A DNA stretch of 64,000 nucleotides. Source: Iphione sp. A-MEVVRFRX5. Taxonomy: Eukaryota. Position 1 is the first letter of the stretch. Each line of letters starts with the position of its first letter. The stretch is taken from the NCBI GenBank assembly GCA_976226885.1, contig OZ320315.1:116002001-116066000 (forward strand). Reading direction: 5' to 3'. The position numbers and the translations under genes are program-made. The notes beneath the pieces were generated by a model. That model was not told the DNA's origin and did no database searches. It was given only the letters and a program-made list of their open reading frames with translations. Below, piece after piece: positions 39,014 through 50,649 of this stretch.

Positions 39014-39399
39014 CAGGTGGTAGGGGTGTCAAAGTAGGCTCATGCCAGTGTACATTGTCAACCTGGGTTATGTAAGAGAAAATAATTTTCTTTAGTGGAC
39101 ATAATGGGTGGTATTAGTATCAAGGTAGGCAACCTTTTACCTTTGAAGTGCTCTCTACATATGTGGCTGTATATACTTTGGGTCCAATCAATGGGAATTT
39201 ATGGTATGACCTTTTCAGGCCAAGGGCAGCATCATTACCAGAACTGTTCCTGCATCCTTGGACACTGCAGAAAGCACCCCTGTATTTGCATCTGCAACCA
39301 GTCTGGACTTTGTTCTTGGCTATTATACCTGTAGAATGTAAATAAATATTTAGGAAAATCATATTACACATTGGATCTACCACCCACTCACCCTACCCA

Positions 39400-39830
39400 T
39401 ATCCTAACCTTTTCAACCAAGTCATTTTATACCAGTGGGCTACTAGGAGGCAGTCTATGAGGTGCCGTACTCATGCATACTAGTACAAAAATAATAGAAA
39501 TAAATCCTGTACCTGCACCAAAATACACAGAAACCTTCTTTCCTATCCCTTCATCCTATCAACACCTCAACCTTGTCCACGAAGTTGTTTTATATGATTG
39601 GGTTAATAGGTGACAATCTATATGGGGCCCTACTCATGCATTTCAGTACATAAAAAATAGAAATATACCCCTACCTTCACCAAAATTCACAGAAGCCTTC
39701 TCTCCTATCCCCTTATCCTACCCACACCTCACGTCAACCACACTGTTATATATTAGTGAGATTTCTAGGTACTAATTTACATAAATACAAATACATTCCC
39801 TACCTGTGCCAAATTACACCAGATGCTTAT
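39400..39830. repeat. Old ~163-bp tandem repeat, about 2.5-3 diverged copies
   Basis: actcatgca...atagaaata...caccaaaat.cacagaa.ccttct.tcctatccc at 39469 and 39632; partial copy near 39770. Confidence 0.6.
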
Positions 39831-40971
39831 ATCCGGTATGACATATGCAATGAAATCAAAATAAGCTAGCAGCATCTCTTTACTAGTGTTATAGGAATGC
39901 TTTGCCTACCCTTTTAGACGGGCAACTACCTACATTTAGAGAAAACAGAAGAAAAATATAACATTTGCTCATAGAAGCTATCACATTCCGTCTCAGTACA
40001 TCAGAAGTAAATTTTATCATGATTTCATCCCTATGAATCAAGGAGATTTGATGTGATAGGATCCCTTCACTGTCTTTACCTTGGATCTAGACAAAAAAAT
40101 GTCACTGACAAACCTTTGTTTATAGAAATAATTCATAACGAATCTATTTGTACATAAGTAGAACACTAAACACACTGTATACTTACTGTCTGATGCCATT
40201 TATAATATCTTTTCACTCTAATTTTGAAGGAAATTTGCTTTATCTAAACCAGATAATCCTTAGATTAGCATGAGGGAGGCAAAACCTACACACATGACTG
40301 ACAACTTTCCTTGTTTTTTTCTTTTCAGAATTACACCAACCAAATACATTCATTTTAACATATAAATACTAACCTGTAGCAATCAAACTGTTTCTGTCCA
40401 GTTGTTTTCCTTAGATCTCTTCTTGAATGTGTCTGGGTGAGAAAAGTGCTGCAGTCTGCAATCTGTTTACATTCACAGCTTAAATCTCAGTCTCACCAAG
40501 AATTTGCAAGAATCGGCAGGATTTCGAACATCAATATGACAAATGGGTTCATTCGTCTTGGTTATCATGATATCTTTTTCCTGATCGGTCTGTTCATAGT
40601 GGGCGGCTGTTGGCCTAAAGGGAGTCATTGCCCCCCTGCTAATTATTTTCATATACTGACCTTCTCGCAGGAGTCGGGGTAAAAGGAAGCAAAGTGGGGA
40701 CAAAGAGGGGAAAAAAGGGAAAATTAAAAAGGAGAGGACATATTATATATATATACATAATATAGTTACTTTGAACCCTCAAAACGGTCCGATCTGGATG
40801 AAATCTGATACGTACTAGCAGCAGGCCCCCCATCATTACCTAGCAAATCTCAGACTGATTCACCCACAGAGGCCCTACAGTTATTGCCCGCCTTAAGGGG
40901 GCCCAAATGGCCTGGGATTTGGAAATCGGGGTTATGGTTGTTCCTTATGGATTAGCTGGCCCACAGTGGGG

Positions 40972-41200
40972 TTATCTGTTTCTTCCTCGGCTTGAAACGT
41001 ACTCCAGCATATAATCAACAATGTTACTACCATAGTAACTTTCCCAGTCAATTTTAGTGAGAATCTCACATGAGGCCTTTTTATAATTCCTTTCTACTAT
41101 TCCTACTACCCTCTCCCTGTCGACCTTATTAACAGATACCGTTATGTTTAGAAGGCTATGGTCTCTCAGGTAGTGTCTCTGGCATCCCAAGTTACTCGTT
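40972..41200 (-). mobile_element. LINE ORF2 fragment (endonuclease C-terminus / linker)
   Basis: LRDHSLL...RNYKKASCEILTKIDWESYYGSNIVD resembles the SDH motif and the RNYKKA..IDW linker of CR1/L2-type ORF2. Confidence 0.5.
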
Positions 41201-41568
41201 AACATATTGGTATACATGTATATATATGTTTGAGTATTGAATCTCTTTTTTTGCATATTCTCGTTGGGCACTTCACTAATTGATGCAGCCCATATATATG
41301 AATATGCACATCAGTTACATACAGTTACAATGTGAAGGGGTAGTTAATGTGGAACGCAAATGGAAGGAATGATGGCTGGACATGATCAATATATAATATA
41401 AGATACAAGGTAAATGCAGCTTTAGACACAAGTTTTTTTTTGTTTTTTTGAGATAAGTTTTGCACTCATAATGACATACTCGTAGGAGGCTGATATTGTA
41501 TAACTGGTTATAGTAATCATTGGGTCATATATGGGCTAGAGAAGAGCATCCAATGGGGTACAGGGTAT

Positions 41569-41625
41569 TAAATAGAAAAAGGGAGGGGGTTGCTTCCAAA
41601 TCTAAGCCCTCCCTTTTTCTATTTA
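41569..41625. other. Perfect 19-bp inverted repeat (hairpin, 19-nt loop) followed by a T-rich tract
   Basis: taaatagaaaaagggaggg (41569-41587) / ccctccctttttctattta (41607-41625). Confidence 0.85.
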
Positions 41626-42351
41626 TTTTATTTTTTTCATTTTTTTATTACTATCAACTATGTATATAAGGTATCATAACCAGAATGGTGTTTGGAGGTG
41701 GTGATGTGTTCCTTACTGTTATTGATTGACAAATATACATGTGACAGTGGTACATATAAGATAGAACAGAATTCGGGATCACCATTCCCTAGAGTGGATG
41801 TGTCGCAGACTGTGTCATCAATGGTGTTGCAACTTGTGTTGTCCATGTCTGGCTGCTACAGGGGTAGAAAGAAAAATATATATATATTATACAATTTAAT
41901 AAAAGGTGAAGGAATGGGGATATAGGAAGAAATAGGCCAAAACAAATCCGGAGGGATCCATGTATCTAAGAGTCCATGTAGCAATTGTAATGGTAATCAA
42001 TATACAAATCTTTCTGTAAAGGTACATTGAGAGTCAAAAAGTGAGGCATCTTTGATGGATGTAATAAATCCTACAGGTATAAAGCAATGAAAAGGCCCAG
42101 GATTTCAAGCATACCGACGTTATTATAGGATCATTTCCATAGGAGTGTTGAATTTACTTGAATTTCAGAAAAATGACATGTCATTTATGACAGAAGAAAA
42201 GAGGCAGCTTTTGTTAGTGTCTGTTTTAAGAGAGCAGTTCTTCCTTCAAGTTGTGGGCAAATAAGTTACTTACTAATGCATGTTTTAGTGAAAGTTCAAA
42301 TCTACCTAATCTATGGAAGTAGGATTTCACAGAAAGGTATGTATTGGAGAT

Positions 42352-44135
42352 ATTCAAATTCAAATTCAAATTCAAATTCTTTTATTGGCCATCTCCGTAC
42401 CCGGAGCTCTCCTGGTCAACATGTGCAGGTCAAACGTGACAAAGTCAATATCAGTGTGGTACAATTAGTAAATATCAGTACAGTATATGATCAATCAAGC
42501 AAAGGTAGTACAATAATAGACATATATTTGTATCTAGCTCTCGAAGATAGCATCACAGTCCAATTGACACCCGAGTAATCAGTCATAATCACAGTCTCCT
42601 TTTTTCCTCACATAACAAGATATCTCAACTGTAAGGCAATTTATCACAGGAATATCACAATTCTATATTCCGCTACCACTCTTCAGCCTCTTATCCTCCT
42701 TTGGCTAGCTCTCTGTGCTTCCCACGACTCTGTTGTGATCGACACAAACATCCAATCAAATCAAACTTTTTAATTTCCTTTTCCCCACTCATACTCTCCT
42801 TGCACTCTGATCTTCTTTCTTCATACTCAACCACTCACATTTAGCACACTCTTTTCACTCTGCAACTCCCTTCAGTAGCCACATTAGCACTGACTCCAAG
42901 TATCACACCGATTCCAAAACCCACTGCATTTACCTCTCGCACTCACACATGCTATCGCTACTCATACCCCACTTTACTCACTATGTTAGTAAGTGGCGTG
43001 TTCCATCGCTCTTTCCGCGTCAATTCCCCAAATTCCTACATTGACACCCACCCCTCTCTTGGGGGTATGGTATACAGTCCCTAGTGGCAGGGACACAGCA
43101 CATACCCCGTCCCTATAATCCCCCAGCCTTTCCATCCTGCAGTATACTTCTCCCACTAGGTTGTACCTTACTTCATTTAACCAAACCCAACCCACGCCCT
43201 CCTGCCTTCAAACGCATGGACATCCTCGTAGAGGGCCACTGCCCCTAATGGAGGTCCCTAGTCCGCATTCTTTCCCAGAACCGCTCTGGACACCACTCTC
43301 CTGGTGATCTTGCCTACTCTTTTCACTGACTCATCCAGGGCATTCCAAACTCTGACTCCCTTGTAGGCAAGCGAGACTGCATAGGCCTTAGACTTCGGCC
43401 TATCCAATTTTACCCTCAGGCCACAGCCAGTCCGGGTAACACTACGCCTATCATCCTCCAATAGGCCTAGATGGTATTGCTTGTGTATGGCCAGTACACC
43501 AGCCGTGTCCACCATCTTTGATACTCTCTCAATGCCTATCCTTCGATGTATCACAGCCGCAGAAAGAAACTCCTTTTTCTGCAGAGCTACTCTACAGCAC
43601 CTATTCAAGTGCACCTGTAGCCTCACAAGGTCAGACTTGCTTATACCATGCCAAAGCGCAGCATGATATCAGAAGAGAGGCAAGAGCATGGCTTTCACCA
43701 GAGTCACACAGACAGTGTGTGGCATCTTCCACTTTACCCTAGAAAGCCTTTTGGCAATGCCCCATGTTTTCCTCACCACTTGTTTTATGTTGTCCTTCAT
43801 TTTCAGTCCTTCATCTAGCTGGTATCCAAGAAGATTCACAACTCTTTCAGCCTTCATCTTCCTCTCATTTATGCATAAGTCTAGATCTAGACCCACTGCT
43901 CCTCCCATTGGGCAGTGTACGCATTTTTCTGGACTTAACACCAGCCCTTCCTCATTGCACCATCTTTCCACCACCTCAAGCATACGTTGGCATTGGCCCC
44001 TGAGCCTCAGCAAGTCTCTTGCCCAGACCAGCACGGAGACATCATCTGCGTACAGAATTGGCAGTGTGCAATCTGGCAGGCACTCGGGGAGTGAGTCAAG
44101 CACCAGGGTAAACGCACAGGGCCCAAAAACTGAGC
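42352..44135 (-). mobile_element. 5'-truncated LINE (CR1/L2-like): RT C-half, long 3' UTR, stem-loop, AATAAA and (TTTGAA)n tail
   Basis: Frame from 44133 reads SVFGPCAF...ILYADD...NLLGYQLD, with one in-frame stop at 43669, and ends at 43258. Stem-loop ctccg-tacc-cggag at 42392-42405. The minus-strand 3' end reads ggccaataaagaatttgaatttgaatttgaatttgaat. Confidence 0.9.
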
Positions 44136-44899
44136 TATACTTTGCAAGAGACTTCTTTATTAAATAGCCCTATCTTTTTTGTTATCCACATTGAGAACTA
44201 CAACCCAACTTCACCTTGTATTGAGCTCAACTTCGATGGTGTTTTCTTCTCGCTGTTGACTTACCTCATTGGTATTGAAAGTGAATGATAATGTTCATGA
44301 TTAATTGATCACATATAAAATGTTCATGTAGGATGTATTAATAGATATGTACATGGTGGGGTAAAGATGGCATAGTATCAGAAGATTGGTTCGATCACGC
44401 AAGTAGTTCATATTTTATCATACTAAATGATTGATGTTTCACCAGTTATTATCGTAATATATACAAAACGCATGTCGTTATTTCAGAAACCTCCAAGACA
44501 ATGGCTGATTAAATGTCCATTTACTACAGCTTTGAGTAACAACTTCATTATTTAATTAAAATACATCATGATGCTTTTTCTTCGATTGTACATAGGATTC
44601 ATCTATTTACGTATACCACTACATAGTACTTGTATTTCATTCAGATCACTTTCTTACTACCCAATAAATGAGTTGATGTATGTCTTAATGATAGCAGCTA
44701 TCTGACAATAACTTTCCTTAGTGACATTCCAGTTTCTCCTTCTTAAAAGTGTATTTCCCGTGTACACCATATGAACTGTTACAAGATACCTGATTAACAT
44801 CCCCCAAGATATCCATTGTAATGTTCATAGTCTAAGGCACAGATTGGCTGACTGCTGGTTCCCCTGCTGGCAGCATATGACTGTAGCTTATGCCCTAAA

Positions 44900-45230
44900 G
44901 CACATTCTTCTGTAAAAAGGCATTTATGCTTTTTCCCTCTGGCAATGAGAGATCCACACTGATTCTTCTGCTACCACTCTTCCTAGGACATGATATCACT
45001 GGGGTGACATAGAACCATGGCATGAATGGAAACATGTCCAACGGGCCCTTGCGTGCTCTGGCGTATAGGTGTCATTATATAAGCGTTGACTGCCAGAGAA
45101 TATTCTTAAGCAGAGGCATGGTTGGCAACCATCATGCCACTAATGTGGGGTCCACTGTAGCCTATTGGGAAACCATTTTGTATTCCATTCAGCACAAACA
45201 TGTTCTCCCAATATGCAGTAGTGGCTGCAC
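44900..45230 (-). mobile_element. DIRS/Ngaro-type (tyrosine-recombinase retrotransposon) RT N-terminal fragment
   Basis: LNGIQNGFPIGYSGP...NHASA...QGP...SRRISVDLSLPEGKSINA matches the GFxIGY and RxIxDLSxPxGxSVN motifs of this RT group. Degenerate. Confidence 0.65.
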
Positions 45231-45384
45231 CCTGATTTCCATGATACAGATTTGATTCCAAAGGTAGCCTGGATGCTACACAGTTAGTGAGGCCCCTGTG
45301 GATTTTTAGGACATCTTTTGGCAAGACAATGCCGAATCCTGGGTAGAGAGTCCACTTGCTGTTTAACAAGAAGTCTCTTTAATC

Positions 45385-46830
45385 AGTGCTCTGAGTGATC
45401 AGCAAGCTGGCTGCATTTCCTGAGGTAATTTGATGTGACCTCCTTTTTCGTATAGTGCCAGCAGATTTTTTTCGAGGGATTCCGTTTTGGACTTGTTTCC
45501 TTGCTCCATGGTGGTTGTGTCTGTGTTAACCATTAAGTTTCACCTGCAAGGGAAGCAAGTTGACCTCTCTGCGGAGCCTGGTAATCAGAACATAGAGGTT
45601 GAGGCAGTCATGTGGTGCACCGTGATACAACTTTCAATGCTATCCCTCAGTATCCTTGTTCGTCCTGACTGAGTCGAATGCCAGCTCAAGGTGGTTCCCA
45701 GGTAATTTGGGGTGAACCAACAGTTCCTTTATGTATCGACACACAGGCATCAGGTGCGCATATGCTCTTTGCAGACACACTGCTTTGACCTTTCTGTATA
45801 TAGCCTGTGCCGAATGAAATGCACAGCCATGGATGTTATGCCCATCCTTGAGGCATGTGCAGACCAGATGGCCCTCTCCAGTAATCACTACATTGACAGA
45901 TGATGGTGCTGGGAGCACGTCCATAACAGCATAAAAAATTGACTTTGTAGTTAGGCTACTTGTGATGTAACATAAGATAAAACAAAACTGTGAATGGTCT
46001 TTTGCTATGCAAATGGCTCCCATATGAAATGTTCCATCAGTGAACCAGCATTTTGGTTTGGCCAGGAAACTCTTTTGGAAAGGAGTGGCCAATGCTGCTG
46101 ACATTCATGATGGATATCATTCTGCAAGAATCCTCGAGGTGCTGGCATCATGTCCATCTTAAATGCCAGATCAGTTGGATGCTTGGGACAAATACTTGTG
46201 GGCCCTGTTGCCAGATCTTTGCAGAAGATCAATACTTGACAGCTCTAGATGCCTCAGTGTCATCTGAGACTATTTCTGCAAAGTGTCCTGAACCAGTTTC
46301 TTTTAAGGATTGGTGTTAAGGATGTTTGCTTTAATTATTGATTTCATTAAGGCTCTAGTTTCATTGCACAGGACTGCACTAGGATCAGCTGGGTCTGTCT
46401 GGTGATTAGACACATGGATGAAACGGACACATTGTTATTTCACTATGTGTCTTTTGTATCTGAGTAGTTAGAGCATTTGTAACTCTTCTCACACCATACA
46501 CACATCTACAATTGTCTGTCAGCAGGGCACCACCCTTCTTTGAGGACTTTTCATAGAAGAATTTCATAGAATGGTGGCAGATTCTCCACAACAATATCAA
46601 GTAGAGAGGCTGCTGTCGGATGGAATCTTCCATGTGCTCCTTCACAGGTTATACAGGCAAATCAATGATGAAGGACTCAGGCTGCACTTAGACAGGCGCA
46701 GCCGGCAGGTCACAAGGCAGAGGCTAAGGCTGGGTAAGCAACTCTGGTTGCTGCACTTTGACAGACACCCTCCTATCTTTCTGATACTTTCAAGGAGGTC
46801 CTCCAGAAAATAGTGTGAAAATTAAGGTAC
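45385..46830 (-). mobile_element. MULE (Mutator-like) transposase pseudogene with FLYWCH-like N-terminal region
   Basis: KSSKKGGALLTDN..YGVRRVTN; PKHPTDLAFKMD; ATPFQKSFLAKPKCWFTDGTFH; IHGCAFHSAQAIYRKV; VRTNKDTEG; VLITRLRREVNLLPLQVKL. Confidence 0.85.
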
Positions 46831-46849
46831 TGCCTCATCCTTACTTTAT

Positions 46850-47045
46850 CTCTCAGAATCAACCTAGCTCTCACCATCACTCTCAGACTCACTCAAGGAC
46901 TCACCCTTCTCACGCTTGGCTGCCACCACCTCCTCTGGTATCAAATCTAAAAGCAGTACCTCTAGATCATCCACATCCAACTCAGGCAGCGACAAGGGAA
47001 GAGACCTCTTCTTGTACCTCATGTCAAAGAAGTTCTTCTGGAAAA
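46850..47045 (-). pseudogene. Acidic-motif family copy
   Basis: SLPLSLPELDVDDLEVLLLDLIPEEVVAAKREKGESLSESESDGES; paralogs at 52.1, 53.4 and 57.9 kb. Confidence 0.6.
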
Positions 47046-47399
47046 GGGTAGGCAGTGACCCTTACATATCCAAGGTGCTGTCATTAGTTATAGCTTACAC
47101 ATAATATAGTTAACCAACTATGATGACTAATGACGTTATTTATATTTAATAGAGGGTAGCGATAAAGGTGAAAAGTGATGATGAGGATGAGGTGAAGAAA
47201 GGTGATGAGTATATTGCACATGGCCCATATTTAATGGTTCTAAATGATTTTGTTATTAAACAGGTAACATCTTGTCATTACGGTTTAGGACTACTGTTAC
47301 TCGTGTTGGTGGTTATGTGCTTGCATTGATATAAACAACCTATCTGAAACCATTGATTCATAACCAATACTTTCGCTTAAGGGACCCTGAGGTTCTCCT

Positions 47400-48360
47400 A
47401 TCTATTTCGTGGCATAAAGTACATTTTTAGCCTAGATTTCAGACATTTTTATATTCAGAGGTAAGTAATTCTATACCCTGATTACGTCACAGTATACTGA
47501 TCTCTTAACACTTTCTAATTTGTTGATTTGCTTTAGCATTTTGGCTTTAGTTCTTTGTGTGTCAACCGATAGATTTCTTGCAATTTGTCCATATTAGAGA
47601 TTCCATAGATTAATAGATAGTATTCCTGTCTAAGATCGCAGTAAATTTAACATGAGATATAGTTCTGGTAGGGGTGCTGTCCAACCTAGAAAGCAATAGT
47701 GAACAAGCTATCCATTGCTTTAGCGATCCTTTTAAACACTCTTTTCTTCTTATTATTGAACAAAAGAAGGCCCTGATCTGCATACGGGACTAGAACCCTT
47801 ATTTGCTTTGCACTTTTAAAAGACAGTATGCACCTACAACCTCTATCTATAGATACATTTTGATTTATGGCTTCAGCTTACATAGCACTGATCTCATTTG
47901 CGGTTCCATGGTCAGATGTTTATCGAGCTTGATTCCGAAGTATTGCACCGAGTCTGTTGATGGAGAATACTGATTCCCTCTTGCTCAGTCCTGAGCTTAA
48001 CGTTTCAATAGGTGCTTCTGCCATTGGTAAATAAGATCACCTCTGATTTTTTCAAATTTATCCGAAGGCCATATTTACCACACCATCCAGACAGTTAATC
48101 TAGCTTATCCTGTAGATCTACTGCTACTGCTAAAGGAATATGCCCACTGCTTATCAAAGTTGTATCATTGGCATACAACAAACAACATTCCTTTTCCTTG
48201 AAAAGGTCCATAGAGTCGTTTATGTAGAGGTGGAACAGTGGCGGTCCTAGGATACTACCCTGCGGTACCCCTGCCATGTCTTGTGTTTCTTTCGATAAGT
48301 TCAAACCAATTTTTGTTACTTGCATTCTTCCAGTCAAGTTATCAGTTAGGCAGACATGGT
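47400..48360 (-). mobile_element. Degenerate 5'-truncated LINE RT fragment
   Basis: LTGRMQVTKIG...GVPQGSILGPPLFHLYIND...LLYANDT, continuing through WCGKYGLRINLKKS and YFGIKLDKHL with stops and frameshifts. Confidence 0.8.
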
Positions 48361-48409
48361 AATTTTCTAGGCTGAAGTTGCACAGTTTAGAGATTATGAT
48401 ATTCATTTA

Positions 48410-48975
48410 GAAAGCATAACTAGAATTTTACTGAGGAATGATTTTAGGTTGTCTTAGCTCTCTTCCTTTTTGTAGATTCATTGTCTTGTGCAGGCTCTGT
48501 TCTGGTGCAGTCAGGTTGTACGACAGCTTGAAAAAGTCAGTTTCATTAGAATACTTCCTTCTGAAAATAAACTCAGCAAGATAACTATCAAGTAACCTGT
48601 GCTGGTTAAGGTGTGTTCCTTCCATCCAGCTCTTCTTCCTAATAGAAATCTTCCAGCACTTACAACATCTGCACACATGTTGGTCAGTGGTATAGCTGGG
48701 GGTGCACACATGTTGGACAGTGGTATAGCTAGGGTCTCTCACCAAAGTGACAGTTCCCACTGCACACCTACTGCACAACCCTGAAAATTACCAAATTTCT
48801 TCTCCTGCCATAGCCATTTATACAAATGAATTTGATCCCTGCAAAGCTCTGCAACATTATGATACAGAATGAGTAGCTGGTCCATGTCAGAAACAGTATG
48901 AAATAATTCAAAGAAAACAATGCAAAAATCACAGAAAAATTAGTAAGGAAAATCACAGAAAATTAGAAAGAAAAT
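48410..48975 (-). mobile_element. Merlin transposase copy B, internal-deletion derivative lacking the DDE core
   Basis: ATG at 48885 (MDQLLILYHNVAELCRDQ...KWL...LCSRC...KISIRK..WMEGTHL) is fused at 48595/48596 directly to LLDSYLAEFIFR. Relative to copy A, 7368-7875 (508 bp) is missing. Shares the 3' flank with 7165-7260. Confidence 0.8.
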
Positions 48976-49199
48976 CAGGATTCTTTGGATGTTACAGGGG
49001 TCAAGGTCATGAGTAGTGCCATTGGAGCCGGTAAACTAGAATTCTACTGGTGAATTAAATCACCACTTGTTATGCTTATAACATTTGGGATAGTGGTTTT
49101 GAGATAAGGTAGCAGTTTGTAGGCATCAGGTGAGGTAAATGTCACCAGGTGGGTTGATTTATATAGGGTAACAAAATAAGGAAAATTTTTGTGTTAGGT

Positions 49200-49760
49200 A
49201 ATTTATATATCAGTATTTGTAGAGTCAAAGGAGAAGAAATATTGGGTATAATTCCAGACTGCTATTTTAGCTGGTATCCTCCCGCTCTCACTGGTTCTTG
49301 AGTCTTGGAAAGTTAGCAAAATGATGGAATCCCATGAAGAAGGGTAGTTAGTGCTAGTGAGTGGGAAGGCTGGGCTCCTGCCCTTCTCCATTTATGCAAG
49401 TACCAGACTGGTAACTGTCTGGCAGATGAAATTATTTTGAAGGTTGGAGAACCTTTCTCTTCATGAAGGAAGAATGTCTAGGGCTAATGCCAAGTAGATG
49501 TCAAAAGTGTGAGACAGTGTCTCAAGCATATCCTTTTTCTGTGGTTGAAATCTTTCGGTGCTGAATCCCTGTCTCATTCCTGGGAAGGTATGCCATGTAT
49601 ATTTGTCCAACTGCTTGCTTTGGCAGTGTGTCAGCTTCATTTTGCAAGGCATCTAACAGGTTAATGTTCTTTTGGTAAGAGGATTCCCCAGGGCAACAGG
49701 TAAGGTGATATTTTTGCATTTTCAGAAAGACTTTGTCTTTATGGTACATGTATTCAATTC
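49200..49760 (-). pseudogene. Degenerate copy 3 of family X
   Basis: KKDMLETLSHTFDIYLALALDILPS...IILLTFQDSR...AVWNYTQYFF aligns with copy 1. Confidence 0.6.
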
Positions 49761-49810
49761 AATTCTTTTATTAACCTTCTCATTATTACAATGAGCTGTC
49801 ACAGGTTAAT
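49750..49810 (-). mobile_element. Very short LINE 3'-end remnant with (AATTG)n tail
   Basis: Minus strand reads ...ggttaataaaagaattgaattgaata: AATAAA plus a pentamer tail, like the other LINEs here. Confidence 0.4.
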
Positions 49811-49939
49811 GCTGGGAAAGATATCTTTTAAGTGTTTTCATCTTTGAGCAATTTGTTCATTTATTTTATTTGCCTTTTTGTTATAGATAAGAAAGGCTCT
49901 TGTTGGGTAAAAAGAGTATTGTATCTCAGAGGAAGGGGA

Positions 49940-50370
49940 TGGGTCTTTTGCTAAAGGGTTGCAGGCTGGGTGGGGAATGTGCCGGTGGATTTTAGAGGGG
50001 ATAGGGTGAGGTTGGTGTCAGCAGGCATAGTTCGGAGGGAAATGTAGATAGAGGGACGTGACTTTCACTTAAGTGTTGTGGGCTGGGTGGAGATATGCCT
50101 GTAAAGTTTGGAGGGATCGGACGAGGTTGTTGTTGGTAAGAGAAACGGGCATAGGTCGGAGGGAAGTGTAGATGGAGGAATGGGACTTTCTCTAAGGTGG
50201 ACTGGGTGGGGAATGTGCCCGTGGAGTTAGGACGATGTTGATGTCAGCAGAAAAACGAGTGCAGTTTGGAGGAAAATGTAGATAAAAGGGTAGGACTTTT
50301 GCTAAAGTGTTGCGGGCAGGTGGGGGATATGCCTGTAAAGTTTGAGGGGATAGATGAGGTTGTTATGCTC
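49940..50370. repeat. ~117-bp minisatellite, about 4 diverged copies alternating A/B
   Basis: Anchor ctgggtgg/caggtgg at 49966, 50083, 50202 and 50317. Copies 1 and 3 share gggaatgtgcc; copies 2 and 4 share gatatgcctgtaaagtttg. Confidence 0.8.
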
Positions 50371-50649
50371 TGCTGGTAGGTATGGCAGTGCCAGAAGATG
50401 GCGAACAAACTAATGTGCAGAATCATTGGTTAAGTAGAGTGTCTGAAAATACAGGAACAATGATGGGACATTGCATGACCACTATCAAGCAAGTAATGCC
50501 TCTTTACGTTCAAATTAGTCAATATAGTCTCAGCTAATGAATGCAGTAAGGAAAATCGACAGTCCAGATCTGCTGACTACATAATTGGGTCCTAGATGGA
50601 CTCAGTCAGATATGATGCAAATGTCCACCCCCACTCATTGCATATGCCG

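Larger units (their letters stand above)
36992..39290 (-). mobile_element. THAP + HTH_Tnp_4 + DDE_Tnp_4 transposase pseudogene (Harbinger/ISL2EU-type) with three introns
   Basis: THAP CSVQGC...HKFP (39270-39190); LSFREEIYLMLLKLKNGLSNLELERLFQVSDTAISQIFSTWVNFL (37602-37892); VVLDCTELAVEKP; D*GFNI...LIIPSF; HVAETCIHMERVIQRI. Candidate GT-AG introns: 38821-39140, 37944-38346, 37450-37634. Confidence 0.85.
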
